NCBI GenBank assembly: GCA_038883795.1
Contig: JAVZLK010000001.1
Span: 32,001 to 96,000 of the forward strand
Direction: 5' to 3'
Length of the DNA stretch: 64,000 nt
DNA from: Candidatus Bathyarchaeia archaeon
GTDB lineage: Archaea; Thermoproteota; Bathyarchaeia; Bathyarchaeales; Bathycorpusculaceae
Shown piece by piece: positions 29,992 to 40,004 of this stretch. Below the pieces are notes generated by a model. The model did not search any database, had not been told where the DNA came from, and was given only the letters and a program-made list of their open reading frames with translations. The stretch's first letter is position 1; each line of letters opens with the position of its first letter. Both the position numbers and the translations under genes were made by a program.

Positions 29992-31278
29992 CTAAATTAC
30001 CAGTTTTTCTGGCTCCACCCGTCTATTTTTTAAACCTAAATCGCTAACCTTAAACTTTCTATCTCCATAAAGCAGAGCATACTCTTCACCATTGTAAAGC
30101 GCCGCTGCAATCCTACCTATGGCATCAGCCTTCATTATTCCGCTTCCGCTGGCGCCACCCACAACCATCAAACCATTTTCCTCAAAAACTAAAGGCTGCC
30201 CATCCAGAGTGTTAATTTCATACAAGCCAGCAAAAGCCGAAAAAGGTTCACAACCAACAAACTGCGGAAAATATTTCACCGTAACTTGATACAACCCGTA
30301 ACGGTAAAAGTTTTCTTCAGGTTCTGGATTGTCTTCAATCTTAAAGGCTCTTGGAAAATCATCAGCATAAGCCAACCAAAAAGCTTCCTCTTCAGGTGCT
30401 GGACGAATATAAGAAGAGGGTTTTGGAAAGATTGTGAAGGGTAGGCAGCCAGCACTCGTGAATTCTTTTGTGTAAAGAAGCTTTTTGAGGGCATCAGTTT
30501 TTGCTTTAACAGAAAAAACTTGCCTTTTCTTAGCCTTAATAAAACATTCAATTCCAATGGGGTCAAGAAGTTGAGGAATCCAAGCTCCGGCCGCAACTAT
30601 CGTCTTCTTAGCCCTTACAACGCCTTTAGTTGTTTTCGCCCCCACCACAGCGGCATCTTGCCAAAAATATGGTTCGCCAGGCATGCCAAGCGGTTTACAT
30701 GGCTCAACAATAATTTCCTTAACTTCACTATTGTACTGAATTTTGCCGCCTAACCTGAGAAATTCAGACTCATAAAATTTGACGAGGGAATCAACATCAA
30801 GCAAGCCAGCTTTAGGAATTAATATTCCCTTGTAAACATCTCCTAAACCCATCAGCTGCGCCTCTTCATCGCCAGCGAAACTTGTCCGCATATCAAGCTT
30901 TTTAGCCAACTCTTCCACCTCATACTCTTTATACTGAAGACCCCTACCAGCCAAATCTTTCAAAACAGGAAGCATTCTGCCGTATCGTTCCTCGTCAAAA
31001 AGCCACAAATAACCAATCCACCTCATTTTCAAATCAAAACCCAAATCCTTCTCGATATGCTTGTAAAATTCAACAGAAGAATCAGCTAAAGCAAAATTCG
31101 TGCGAGAATAAAAGAAACAACGAAAAGCTGCAGCGCTCTTTGCTGTGCTACCTTGCCCCGCAGCGCCCAGCCTGTCAACTACCAAAACATTTGCTTTAGG
31201 GTTTCTGACTTTGATGTGATAAGCCGTTGCCAAACCCAAAATTCCAGCACCAACAACAAGCGCATCACACTCAACCAT
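29992..31278 (-). CDS. FAD-dependent oxidoreductase (D-amino acid oxidase/sarcosine oxidase beta family)
   Basis: VVGAGILG, GSTAKSAA, AAGAW, GLY, SGSGIMK. Confidence 0.85.
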   Translation of the reverse strand: MVECDALVVGAGILGLATAYHIKVRNPKANVLVVDRLGAAGQGSTAKSAAAFRCFFYSRTNFALADSSVEFYKHIEKDLGFDLKMRWIGYLWLFDEERYGRMLPVLKDLAGRGLQYKEYEVEELAKKLDMRTSFAGDEEAQLMGLGDVYKGILIPKAGLLDVDSLVKFYESEFLRLGGKIQYNSEVKEIIVEPCKPLGMPGEPYFWQDAAVVGAKTTKGVVRAKKTIVAAGAWIPQLLDPIGIECFIKAKKRQVFSVKAKTDALKKLLYTKEFTSAGCLPFTIFPKPSSYIRPAPEEEAFWLAYADDFPRAFKIEDNPEPEENFYRYGLYQVTVKYFPQFVGCEPFSAFAGLYEINTLDGQPLVFEENGLMVVGGASGSGIMKADAIGRIAAALYNGEEYALLYGDRKFKVSDLGLKNRRVEPEKLVI

Positions 31279-31436
31279 TACATTTCCCCCGGCAAGGAAA
31301 ATCTAAAAGTGATGCCAACCATTAATAAGCTTAGCTCTTTAAATATCCCATTTTAATGGCATTTGGTAAGAGAACACTTATCTATTTCCACGAAATATGA
31401 GATAGAGCAAAATGTCAAGACTTGGAGGAAACGCAT

Positions 31437-33182
31437 ATGTTCGTTAACAAAAAAGCTCTTTCAACTCTAATTATTATAATTCTTCTCTTATGCTCAGTTG
31501 TTTTTGGAGCCCTTGTATCTTACTTGTGGGTTATGTCAAGTTATTATAACATGCCAGAAAACACCACAATGCTCATAGTGGAAGAAGTTGTCTTCCCAGA
31601 TTTTCCAAATTTGGATTGCACCTATTTTAACGTAACAATTCTTAACCCATCCAACTCCCTTTCTGATGCGAATATTACTGCGATCCAATTAACTGTAAAG
31701 GGTAAAAATGAGGTATGGACTATCAATACAACAGAGCCGGAAATAAATTTCACGATAAGAAGAGGAACAAGGCAAACTTTCAAATGCCTAAAGAATTGGA
31801 GCGACTTTGCTGGACAAACAGTGGAAATTGAACCAGTTGCAGCTAACATATCAGCATTAAGCTATTCATGCCAAACACCAAACGTAAAACTAACGTTACA
31901 ACCAACCTTTAAAGTAGAAGAAAGCGTAGAATACTTCAACTTAACTGTGATAAACTCAGGAGCCCTAAACCTCACAATATCAGACATAATAGTACAAACC
32001 GACTCCATAAAAAACAACGTAACCCCACCGCTACCAATTATTTTAAGTCCAGAGCAAAATGAGACATTCAAATGCTACTGGAATTGGGATTGGCGAATAG
32101 CTGGCATTCAAGACGTTAATGTCACAATTAGAGTGAAAACAACAGAAGGATATGAAACAACTTATAAAACAAATGCGCTTCCCGGGGCGTATCTTTACAT
32201 AGAAGAAATAAAGTTTGATTATTCTGATACAACGTATTTCAATTTAACGATAAGCAGCTCCCCCTATTCAACAGCAACGGCGGTTATAAGTGGGATAAAT
32301 CTGACTCTTCAAGATACAACTTTTCCAATAAATGAAACACGGCAACGTGTTTTATTCAAAAGTTTATTGCCCATTTTTAGGTCTATTCCAAAAAACGAGT
32401 CCAAAACCTTTGAATGCTATTGGGATTGGACTTTATATCGCAATACTAGTTTCATTGTCAACGTTTACACTGAACAAGGCTTTTTAGTAGATAGCAAAAA
32501 CGTGTCTACCCCTCCGGATGTTGTTTGGAATATAACAAACGTGAGTTTCGACTTAGATGATATAAATTACTTTTTGGTTAATGTGACAAACATGCCTTGC
32601 TCCCTTCGAAACATAACAGTTACGCAGATATGGCTTAATGAAACCAGTAAAGACATACAGCCACCATCAACTTTATCTAATGGCACCCAAGAAATGTTTA
32701 ATTGCCCCCTCTCTTGGGCAGATTTTAGAGGAAAAACCGCAAACGTTACTGTGGTGACAACGGAAGGAAGCATTTCGAGGCTTTTAGAAGTTTCTGCTGT
32801 TGGACTTAAAATACTTGAGGAAAATTTAGTTTGTGGCGACTTTTACGGCAACACCACAGAAATTGCAGTGCCATATATTAACGTCACAATATCAAATTCA
32901 AACAATTCCCTCTACAACGTCACAATAACACAAATTATAATCCAAACAAGGAATGACACATACATAATTTACAACAATGCCACATACCACCAATACAACA
33001 GCATCTTATATCCAAGATTACGCCCAGACGGATACGCCCCGACTGGCTATCCTCTTAACATAGGAGAAACTGTCACATTTGTTTGCTCTTGGAACTATGA
33101 AAGCTATCTTTCAATAGATCCCATAACAGTTACGATATACACTGCCGAAGGCTTTCAAGCATCAAAAACATGGTATCCATAA
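31437..33182 (+). CDS. Large pilin-like surface protein with class III signal peptide and five tandem repeats
   Basis: GGAGG SD then MFVNKKA|LSTLIIIILL; five repeats with Y(F/I)xxxI/V and FxCxxxW/Y, four also with TxxG; about 30 N-x-S/T sequons. Confidence 0.75.
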   Translation: MFVNKKALSTLIIIILLLCSVVFGALVSYLWVMSSYYNMPENTTMLIVEEVVFPDFPNLDCTYFNVTILNPSNSLSDANITAIQLTVKGKNEVWTINTTEPEINFTIRRGTRQTFKCLKNWSDFAGQTVEIEPVAANISALSYSCQTPNVKLTLQPTFKVEESVEYFNLTVINSGALNLTISDIIVQTDSIKNNVTPPLPIILSPEQNETFKCYWNWDWRIAGIQDVNVTIRVKTTEGYETTYKTNALPGAYLYIEEIKFDYSDTTYFNLTISSSPYSTATAVISGINLTLQDTTFPINETRQRVLFKSLLPIFRSIPKNESKTFECYWDWTLYRNTSFIVNVYTEQGFLVDSKNVSTPPDVVWNITNVSFDLDDINYFLVNVTNMPCSLRNITVTQIWLNETSKDIQPPSTLSNGTQEMFNCPLSWADFRGKTANVTVVTTEGSISRLLEVSAVGLKILEENLVCGDFYGNTTEIAVPYINVTISNSNNSLYNVTITQIIIQTRNDTYIIYNNATYHQYNSILYPRLRPDGYAPTGYPLNIGETVTFVCSWNYESYLSIDPITVTIYTAEGFQASKTWYP

Positions 33183-33241
33183 TCCCATAACCTTTATTTT
33201 CTCTAATAGGCTTTAACTCAAATTCTTTAGGAGATTTAGCC

Positions 33242-34447
33242 TTGACTAAAGTAAGGGTTACAGGAAGGGTTCGCACCATAGAATATGCCATCCGCGATGT
33301 TATTGTCTACGCAAAGGAGTTGGCGAAGGCTGGCAAAAAAATTTACTACTTGAATATTGGAGATCCCGTTGCTTTTGATTTTGATACGCCGCAGCATATT
33401 AAACAAGCTTTAATGAGGGCTGTTGAGGAGGGGGCTAATGCTTATTGTGCTTCTGAAGGTTTGCCAGAACTTAGGGAGGCCATAAGCCAGAAGGAAAGGA
33501 GAGTTAATGGTGTTGATGTTTCTGCTGAGGATGTTATTGTTACTTCTGGAATTTCTGAGGGTATTCAGATGGTTATGGCTGCGCTTGTGGATGCTGGGGA
33601 TGAGATTCTGCTTCCGGGACCCACTTATCCGCCGTACATTTCTTATGCAAAATTTTTTGGTGGAAAACCAATCACTTATGAAACTGTGGAAGGTGAGGGT
33701 TGGCAGCCAAATATTGACGATTTGAGAGGGAAAATTTCAAAGAAAACTCGGGGAATTGTGATTATTAATCCAAATAATCCTTCTGGAGCCCTTTATGAGG
33801 AGAAAGTGATAAAGCAAATATTGGATTTAGCTGGAGAATATGGAATTCCAGTTTTGTCTGATGAAATTTATGATCAGATAGTTTATGAGAAAAAATTTGT
33901 CAGCACGGCGTGTTTAGCTAAAGACGTTCCAGTTATAGGGTTTAATGGTTTTTCAAAGGCTTATTTGATGACTGGGTGGAGACTTGGCTACGTTTATTTC
34001 CACGACCAAGAGGGGGAGCTTCAAGAATTGAAGCAATGCGTCGAAAAAGAGGCAAGAATAAGGCTATGCGCAAACACGCCAGTCCAAAAAGCTGGGGTTG
34101 CCGCCCTAAATGGATCACAAGACCACATAAAAGATATGGTTAAGAAACTTAGAGAAAGAAGAGACTATTCTCTAAAGAGATTAAACGAAATTGAGGGAAT
34201 TAGCTGCACAAAACCTGAAGGCGCATTCTATGTCTTTCCAAAAATTCATGCGGTAGGACGAAAATGGAAAACGGATTTAGAATTTGCGTTGGAACTTTTG
34301 AAAGAAACTGGTGTGCTTCTTGTTCATGGTTCAGGGTTTGACCAAACTTATGGGGCAGGACACGTTAGAGGCGTTTTCCTTCCACCACTTGAGACGCTTG
34401 AGGAAGCCTTTAACAGAATTGAAGAGTTTATGATTAAGAGTAAATAA
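33242..34447 (+). CDS. Class I/II aminotransferase (alanine aminotransferase-like)
   Basis: IEYAIRD, LNIGDP, NPNNPSG, DEIY, SKAYLMTGWRLG. Confidence 0.88.
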   Translation: MTKVRVTGRVRTIEYAIRDVIVYAKELAKAGKKIYYLNIGDPVAFDFDTPQHIKQALMRAVEEGANAYCASEGLPELREAISQKERRVNGVDVSAEDVIVTSGISEGIQMVMAALVDAGDEILLPGPTYPPYISYAKFFGGKPITYETVEGEGWQPNIDDLRGKISKKTRGIVIINPNNPSGALYEEKVIKQILDLAGEYGIPVLSDEIYDQIVYEKKFVSTACLAKDVPVIGFNGFSKAYLMTGWRLGYVYFHDQEGELQELKQCVEKEARIRLCANTPVQKAGVAALNGSQDHIKDMVKKLRERRDYSLKRLNEIEGISCTKPEGAFYVFPKIHAVGRKWKTDLEFALELLKETGVLLVHGSGFDQTYGAGHVRGVFLPPLETLEEAFNRIEEFMIKSK

Positions 34448-34464
34448 AGGGATTAAAGCTTGCT

Positions 34465-35355
34465 TTACTGGTAGATTGGTATTCCTTCCTTTGGGTCTTG
34501 AACCATCTTTGCAAACTCAGCCATTAGTTTCCTGGTTACGGGACCCGGATTTCCATTTCCTATTATTCTTTTGTTTATTTCCTTCACTGGCACAATTTCG
34601 GCTGCAGTCCCAGTGAAGAAGACTTCATCAGCGTTAAACAATTCATATGGTGTTATGTTCTTTTCGATAACTTCATATCCAAGTTTTCTTGCAAGTTTCA
34701 TTACAGCCTCTGCGGTTATTCCTGGCAATGCGCCTGTATAGCTTGGTGGTGTGAAAATTTTTCCGTTTTTGACTATGAATATGTTTTCAGCCACTCCTTC
34801 GCATACGAATCCATTTTTGTCTAGGCATATGGCTTCGTCGACGCCGTTTATGTTTGCTTCAATTTTTGCCATTATACTGTTGAGGTAGTTGAGGGATTTT
34901 ATTTCATGGGTTGTCGCATCCACAGGGTCTCTTTTAACCCATGAAATCATGGCTGTTATTCCGTTTTCTTTGGCTTCGGTTTTTAGCAGTTTTATGGTGT
35001 CTGTTATCACTATAATTGTGGGTTTTGAACATTTTCTTGGGTCTAATCCGAGGTCGCCGACGCCTCTTGTTACTATTAGGCGAATATAAGCGTCTTTTAG
35101 GTTGTTTTTTCGAAGGGTTTCCAGAACGGCTTGTATCATTTCCTCTTTTGTCATGGGAATTTGCAGCATTATGGTGTGGGCTGAACGGTATAGTCTGTCA
35201 ATGTGTTCTTTAAGTTTGAATACTACGCCGTTGTAGGCGCGGATTCCTTCAAAAACTCCATCCCCATATAGGAGACCGTGGTCGTAAACAGAAATTTTGG
35301 CTTTTGATTTTGGATAGTATTCTCCGTCTATAAACACAAGTAGTTCTCTTTCCAA
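34465..35355 (-). CDS. ilvE: Branched-chain amino acid aminotransferase
   Basis: [31 protein letters not shown]. Confidence 0.95.
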   Translation of the reverse strand: MERELLVFIDGEYYPKSKAKISVYDHGLLYGDGVFEGIRAYNGVVFKLKEHIDRLYRSAHTIMLQIPMTKEEMIQAVLETLRKNNLKDAYIRLIVTRGVGDLGLDPRKCSKPTIIVITDTIKLLKTEAKENGITAMISWVKRDPVDATTHEIKSLNYLNSIMAKIEANINGVDEAICLDKNGFVCEGVAENIFIVKNGKIFTPPSYTGALPGITAEAVMKLARKLGYEVIEKNITPYELFNADEVFFTGTAAEIVPVKEINKRIIGNGNPGPVTRKLMAEFAKMVQDPKEGIPIYQ

Positions 35356-35442
35356 GAACCTTTCCCCTCAAACTGGAGAACTTAGTTTATTTGGTTAAGG
35401 TTTGATATAGTTTTTGCCAGATTCGACTAATTTTTAATGTTA

Positions 35443-37311
35443 TTAACCATAAAATTGGGGTCTTTTTGAAAGGTGTTTCGGTAAAGGCAGAGGCTTGAAG
35501 GGCTTGTTTTGGGTTATCTCTTTAACCTCGCTTATTAGCTCTTCAATTTTCATTTTGCGGATTTTTTCGGCTTTTCTGTCTCTTACTGCTAGGATGTTTG
35601 ATTCGGCTTCCTTTTGTCCAACAACAACTATGTATGGAATCCATTCCATTTCTGCTTCTCTAACCCTCTTTTGCAAAGTTAAGGTTCGGTCATCAATGTC
35701 CACACGTATACAATTTTCCTCCATTTTTTTAGCCAGTTCTTCGGAAAAGTCCATGTATTTTTCGGATAATGGGATTATGCGCACTTGAGTTGGAGAAAGC
35801 CATAAGGGAAGCATTGGTGGCTTGCCCGTTTGTTGTTCTTTGTAGGCTTTCTCTAATAATGCGTATATGCATCTTTCAATGGCGCCGCTTGGAGAACAAT
35901 GCAAAATTAAGGGATGCCTTTTCTCGCCTTTCTCGTCCACATAGGTTATGTCATACCTTTTTGCGTTTTCGACGTCTATTTGGTCGGTGGATAGGGCGGC
36001 AGCCTTGTTTTGATTGTCCACGTAGTTAAAGTCCCATTTTAGTCTGAAATAGAAAAAGCGTTCCTTCCACATCTCAACAAGGAAGGGTTTGCCGAAGATT
36101 TTCGCCAGCTCAGCGATGAATTCTTTATTTTCTTCATAGAAGTCTTGTGTGAACCGCAATGCTGCCTCATAATCGTTTTTTGATAAGCCTATTTCCTCAA
36201 GAATTTCCATGCTCAACTTGAACCTTGTTATGAACTCTTTCTTGGCTTGTTCCAAGTCCTCGCAGAAAGCGTGGCAATCTGGCATGGTGAAGGCTCTTAG
36301 ACGCCTTAAACCCACAACTTCTCCGCTTTTTTCCCTTCTGAAACTGTAACGGGTTAGCTCGTAAACTTTTAATGGCATGTGCTTGTAGGAAAATTGTGAG
36401 TCATGAACCATTAAGAATTGTCCGAAGCATGCTGCAAACCGCAGAAAAAGTTCTTTGTCTTCCGATTTTAGCAAATACTGCCGTGCGGGAAAACGATTCA
36501 TATAATCAGCAAGGCTTGGATGGTGAAAATCGTACATTACTGGCGTTTCAACTTCCATGGCGCCATATTCCACCATTTTAGCCGTGACAAACTGTTCAAG
36601 CAAAGATTTTATTAAACGTCCTTTTGGATACCAGCGGATGTTTCCCGGATCGCTTCCAGATTCATAGTCAGCTATTTCCAATCTCTTCATTAACGGCACA
36701 TGAGGGGGCATTTGCTGGCTTGCCCTTACCTTATGTATCTCGTAATCTGCAAATTTCTCAAGATTTTCATAACCCTTAAAATTAAAATCTTCGACGGGAA
36801 CCATTTTTCCATCCGGCTGAAGAACATACCAGAAGGATTCCAGTTTTTCTTCGGCTTTCACGGCTTCAGATACTTTTTCTTCTTTTTCCTCTCTCACTTC
36901 TGCAGGAAGAATTACGCGGGATTGTTCTGCCAGGGGATGCCCCTTTATTGATATCGTGAACTGTTTGTTCCAGCCGAAAGGTGCCCTAAAAACTTCTAAG
37001 CCCCTTTTCTTAGCGTTTTCTTCCATAGCCTTGATTATTTTGAGGGCTTCTGGGGGCTTTGCCAGTTTATTGCTTAGGTGAGCGTAGGGATAAATTAGAA
37101 TTCTGTTTACCTTCAATTTTTCCAGAAAAGCATAAACTTCGTCTACGGCTTTTCCGGCTACTGTTGAATCGTCATTTTCCTCCACAGCCGTGAATAATAC
37201 AACAATTTCTTCTAGGCGTACTGGTTTCTTTTCTGCTTTTTCAGCCATCTCTATCTCTTTTTGAATTGGCATGTACTCGATATAGTTTGAGTGTAACTGT
37301 AATATTCGCAT
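35443..37311 (-). CDS. thrS: Threonine--tRNA ligase (archaeal, with N-terminal editing domain)
   Basis: YPYAHL, APFGW, GHPLAE, RFAACFG, LRAFTMPD, LHCS. Confidence 0.97.
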   Translation of the reverse strand: MRILQLHSNYIEYMPIQKEIEMAEKAEKKPVRLEEIVVLFTAVEENDDSTVAGKAVDEVYAFLEKLKVNRILIYPYAHLSNKLAKPPEALKIIKAMEENAKKRGLEVFRAPFGWNKQFTISIKGHPLAEQSRVILPAEVREEKEEKVSEAVKAEEKLESFWYVLQPDGKMVPVEDFNFKGYENLEKFADYEIHKVRASQQMPPHVPLMKRLEIADYESGSDPGNIRWYPKGRLIKSLLEQFVTAKMVEYGAMEVETPVMYDFHHPSLADYMNRFPARQYLLKSEDKELFLRFAACFGQFLMVHDSQFSYKHMPLKVYELTRYSFRREKSGEVVGLRRLRAFTMPDCHAFCEDLEQAKKEFITRFKLSMEILEEIGLSKNDYEAALRFTQDFYEENKEFIAELAKIFGKPFLVEMWKERFFYFRLKWDFNYVDNQNKAAALSTDQIDVENAKRYDITYVDEKGEKRHPLILHCSPSGAIERCIYALLEKAYKEQQTGKPPMLPLWLSPTQVRIIPLSEKYMDFSEELAKKMEENCIRVDIDDRTLTLQKRVREAEMEWIPYIVVVGQKEAESNILAVRDRKAEKIRKMKIEELISEVKEITQNKPFKPLPLPKHLSKRPQFYG

Positions 37312-37330
37312 GGAAAATCACCTTCCCCTT

Positions 37331-37540
37331 TCAGCCCATGTGTCGCCATTTCTCAAGCATCTTATCCTTCTTTGTCTTCTTCTTATATTCTTTATAATGC
37401 TCCTTGCATAAGTAAGCACGCCTCTCGCTACTGCCAACATTTAAGCCAGTAGACCTTACTTTTTCTGCTGAAAGCGAACGAATAGCTTCGCCTCCACAAC
37501 CAGAAACGCTGCATTTAACGCCTTTGTCAACTCGTCCCAT
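37331..37540 (-). CDS. Conserved small archaeal Zn-finger protein
   Basis: MGRVDKGVKCSVSGC..YLCKEHYK; basic C-terminus. Confidence 0.75.
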   Translation of the reverse strand: MGRVDKGVKCSVSGCGGEAIRSLSAEKVRSTGLNVGSSERRAYLCKEHYKEYKKKTKKDKMLEKWRHMG

Positions 37541-37586
37541 TCTTAGTGCCTTCTTAATCACGTAACCTTAAGGAATAAGATATGCG

Positions 37587-38501
37587 TTATTCCTTAATTT
37601 CTTTTTCATAAAGCAATCTGGCTCTTTGATAAATTTCTGTTTCGCCTTCCATAAATGTGGGACCAACAACTTCAACAGCAAAGGAAGCAGCTGCAGAACC
37701 CACGCATGCGCACCATAAAGAGTCTTTGCCACGAACGTATTCGGCGAGAAAGCCTCCAATAAAAACGTCTCCAGCCCCTGTTGGGTCGACAATTTTCTCG
37801 CATGGGTATGCTGGAATAGCATATTTGGTTCCTTCGATGGAAAGCAATGCTCCTTTAGCGCCTAAAGTGACTATGACTGTTTCTACGCCATAATCGTGAA
37901 CTGCCTTAACTGCAGAGTTTAGGTCAGATAAGCCAGTTGCAGCTTTGATTTCTTCTAAGGAGGATTTGTAAATGTTGGCGAGCTTCAGTATTCGCCTATC
38001 CAAGAGCGGAGAATAGGAGACATATCCTTCAATGTCGAAGTTTCGCACAAGTCCTTGCGGGTCTATGGATAAAACCTCCGCGCTGCCTCTTAATTTTTCA
38101 GCCACCTCGTAAGTTATTTCGCCTGCTATGGGACCAATGTGAACTGCTTTGCTTTTCATGGATTTTGGCAAATCTTCCATGGTAATGGATGGTGCTTTGC
38201 TTTTCAAGCGCAAATTTCTGTTAAAAAATCCATCAGCATATTTCAGCTCGAAACGTGTTGTCTGCGCATCACTAACCCTTGTTACGCCGCTTACGTCAAT
38301 GCCTTCCTCTTTTAACCACCATAAATAAGCTTCTGGAAAATCGCCGCCAACCTTAGAAAAAACCGAAGCTTTCGCATTTAAACGCCTGGCGATAAGCGAA
38401 ACATAAGCTGCAGAGCCACCCAAAATAATATATGGCGTTTGTCTATCTGGAAGAAAAATTGAGTCTATAGCAAAATGACCAACAACTGTAACATCAAACA
38501 T
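37587..38501 (-). CDS. PfkB family carbohydrate kinase
   Basis: GGSAAY, DPQG, VTLG, DPTGAGD; ATG 38501 preferred. Confidence 0.9.
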   Translation of the reverse strand: MFDVTVVGHFAIDSIFLPDRQTPYIILGGSAAYVSLIARRLNAKASVFSKVGGDFPEAYLWWLKEEGIDVSGVTRVSDAQTTRFELKYADGFFNRNLRLKSKAPSITMEDLPKSMKSKAVHIGPIAGEITYEVAEKLRGSAEVLSIDPQGLVRNFDIEGYVSYSPLLDRRILKLANIYKSSLEEIKAATGLSDLNSAVKAVHDYGVETVIVTLGAKGALLSIEGTKYAIPAYPCEKIVDPTGAGDVFIGGFLAEYVRGKDSLWCACVGSAAASFAVEVVGPTFMEGETEIYQRARLLYEKEIKE

Positions 38502-38512
38502 TTTAATACACA

Positions 38513-38863
38513 TTAAACTTTTGACTGAAGTAGAAGAATTGCTTTGGCTAGGTCTCCCCCACATTCTTCTAGGGCTTTTCTGGCTTCTTCTGGGCTTTTG
38601 CCAGTTTGGTCTGCCACAAGCCTCACATCTTCTTCTGGTATTGTTAGTTTGCGTTCCATGGCTTTTTCGCTAATCTTTCCACCAGCCACTTGGAAAATTT
38701 TTTGTCCTTGCATTTCCATGATGGCTACTTCTGGCGCTTCTATGGTGATTTCTTTGCTGCTTGTTTTAATTATTACTTGTTCAACATCGGGAACCGTGTC
38801 CATGCTTAGACCCATGCGTTGCATCATACGTCTTGCTTCGCGGGGGCTAATTCGTCTATGCAT
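38513..38863 (-). CDS. nac: Nascent polypeptide-associated complex protein
   Basis: RRMMQRMG, C-terminal UBA-like LVADQTG..GDLAKAIL. Confidence 0.93.
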   Translation of the reverse strand: MHRRISPREARRMMQRMGLSMDTVPDVEQVIIKTSSKEITIEAPEVAIMEMQGQKIFQVAGGKISEKAMERKLTIPEEDVRLVADQTGKSPEEARKALEECGGDLAKAILLLQSKV

Positions 38864-38907
38864 AAACTTCGCCTTCCATCAGATATTTACTATTAGACTT
38901 CATATAC

Positions 38908-39390
38908 TTAACTTTCTTCTAGGCTTCCGCGCCTAACTTTAACAGCAACGCCGGTTTTGAAGACTTTCATTTCTTCGCTGGATAGAACGGCCCGCCCAAC
39001 AGCTAAAACTTCACCACTTTCGTTAAGGACTATGACTTCGTCCTTTGGGCGGATTTCATCGTCAGCCTTCAGTACGTGAGCAGCGAAGACGTCGCCGCCT
39101 TCCGCAATAAACTTTGAAACATCCTTCTTAACCGTGACAAAACATTTTGCCCACTGCCCATTTTCAGCTATTCTCTTTGCGCCAGCAATGCTTAAAGAAA
39201 ATAAGCCATCTGTGGGGCGTAGGGTTGCAAGCCTTTTGCCATCCAAATAAACGTAACGGATTCTCCCAGTTCTTTTAGAATATTCTATTTTCACGTTTTC
39301 TGGAAAAAGTTTGACGCCGACACCCTTTCCAAATTGATAGTCGGCCACGCTTCGAATTCTTTTGAGAGGATTTTCCAACTTTTGCACCAT
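38908..39390 (-). CDS. PUA-domain RNA-binding protein (archaeosine TGT C-terminal-like)
   Basis: ADYQFG, TGRIR, LATLR..DG, GVAVKVR. Confidence 0.85.
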   Translation of the reverse strand: MVQKLENPLKRIRSVADYQFGKGVGVKLFPENVKIEYSKRTGRIRYVYLDGKRLATLRPTDGLFSLSIAGAKRIAENGQWAKCFVTVKKDVSKFIAEGGDVFAAHVLKADDEIRPKDEVIVLNESGEVLAVGRAVLSSEEMKVFKTGVAVKVRRGSLEES

Positions 39391-39449
39391 TAATTAATCT
39401 ATTTTGCTTCGACAACTATAAACACAACCAACAAAATAAAAACACATAG

Positions 39450-40004
39450 GTGCGTCAACAGTTGCGGTGTGAAGTCTGTGGAGCAAAAATCTTCGGCAAA
39501 CCATATAAGGTAATTATTGAAGGAGCAAAACTAACCGTATGTAGCCAATGTTCGAAGCATGGAACAATAGTTTGGGAAGAAGAACCAAAGCCCAAAAGCT
39601 TAGCATTAAAAACCAAACCGATTTCTCAACCCACGAAAATGAAAAGCAAGAAGGCACCAGAAATCGTGGAAACAAGTTTGGAGCTTGTGGAAAATTTCCA
39701 CACAAAAATTAGGCAAGCAAGGGAAAAACTTGGGCTCTCCCACGAAGAACTGGGCAAAAAAATTAATGAAAAAGTGTCTCTTCTCAAAAAGATAGAAACG
39801 GGAAAAATGACGCCGGACAATAAGCTTGCAATGAAGCTTGAACATGCGTTGAAAGTTAAATTGCTTCTCCCGCCATCAGAGGAGAAAACTCTTACTACAA
39901 AGATTCCGCAACCAGCAAGTCGTGAACTAACTTTAGGAGACATTATCCAATTGAACAAAAAGGAAAAGGGGAAGGGGGATTCGCCTCAACGAAAGCCATC
40001 ATAG
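39450..40004 (+). CDS. mbf1: Archaeal multiprotein bridging factor 1
   Basis: CEVCG..VCSQC Zn ribbon, HTH (AREKLGLS..), LTLGD. Confidence 0.92.
   Translation: MRQQLRCEVCGAKIFGKPYKVIIEGAKLTVCSQCSKHGTIVWEEEPKPKSLALKTKPISQPTKMKSKKAPEIVETSLELVENFHTKIRQAREKLGLSHEELGKKINEKVSLLKKIETGKMTPDNKLAMKLEHALKVKLLLPPSEEKTLTTKIPQPASRELTLGDIIQLNKKEKGKGDSPQRKPS

Noticed and set aside
32880-32927. Direct repeat AACGTCACAATA
   Set aside because: Only two copies, both encoding NVTI sequons; not a CRISPR or DGR repeat, and no reverse transcriptase is present in the window.
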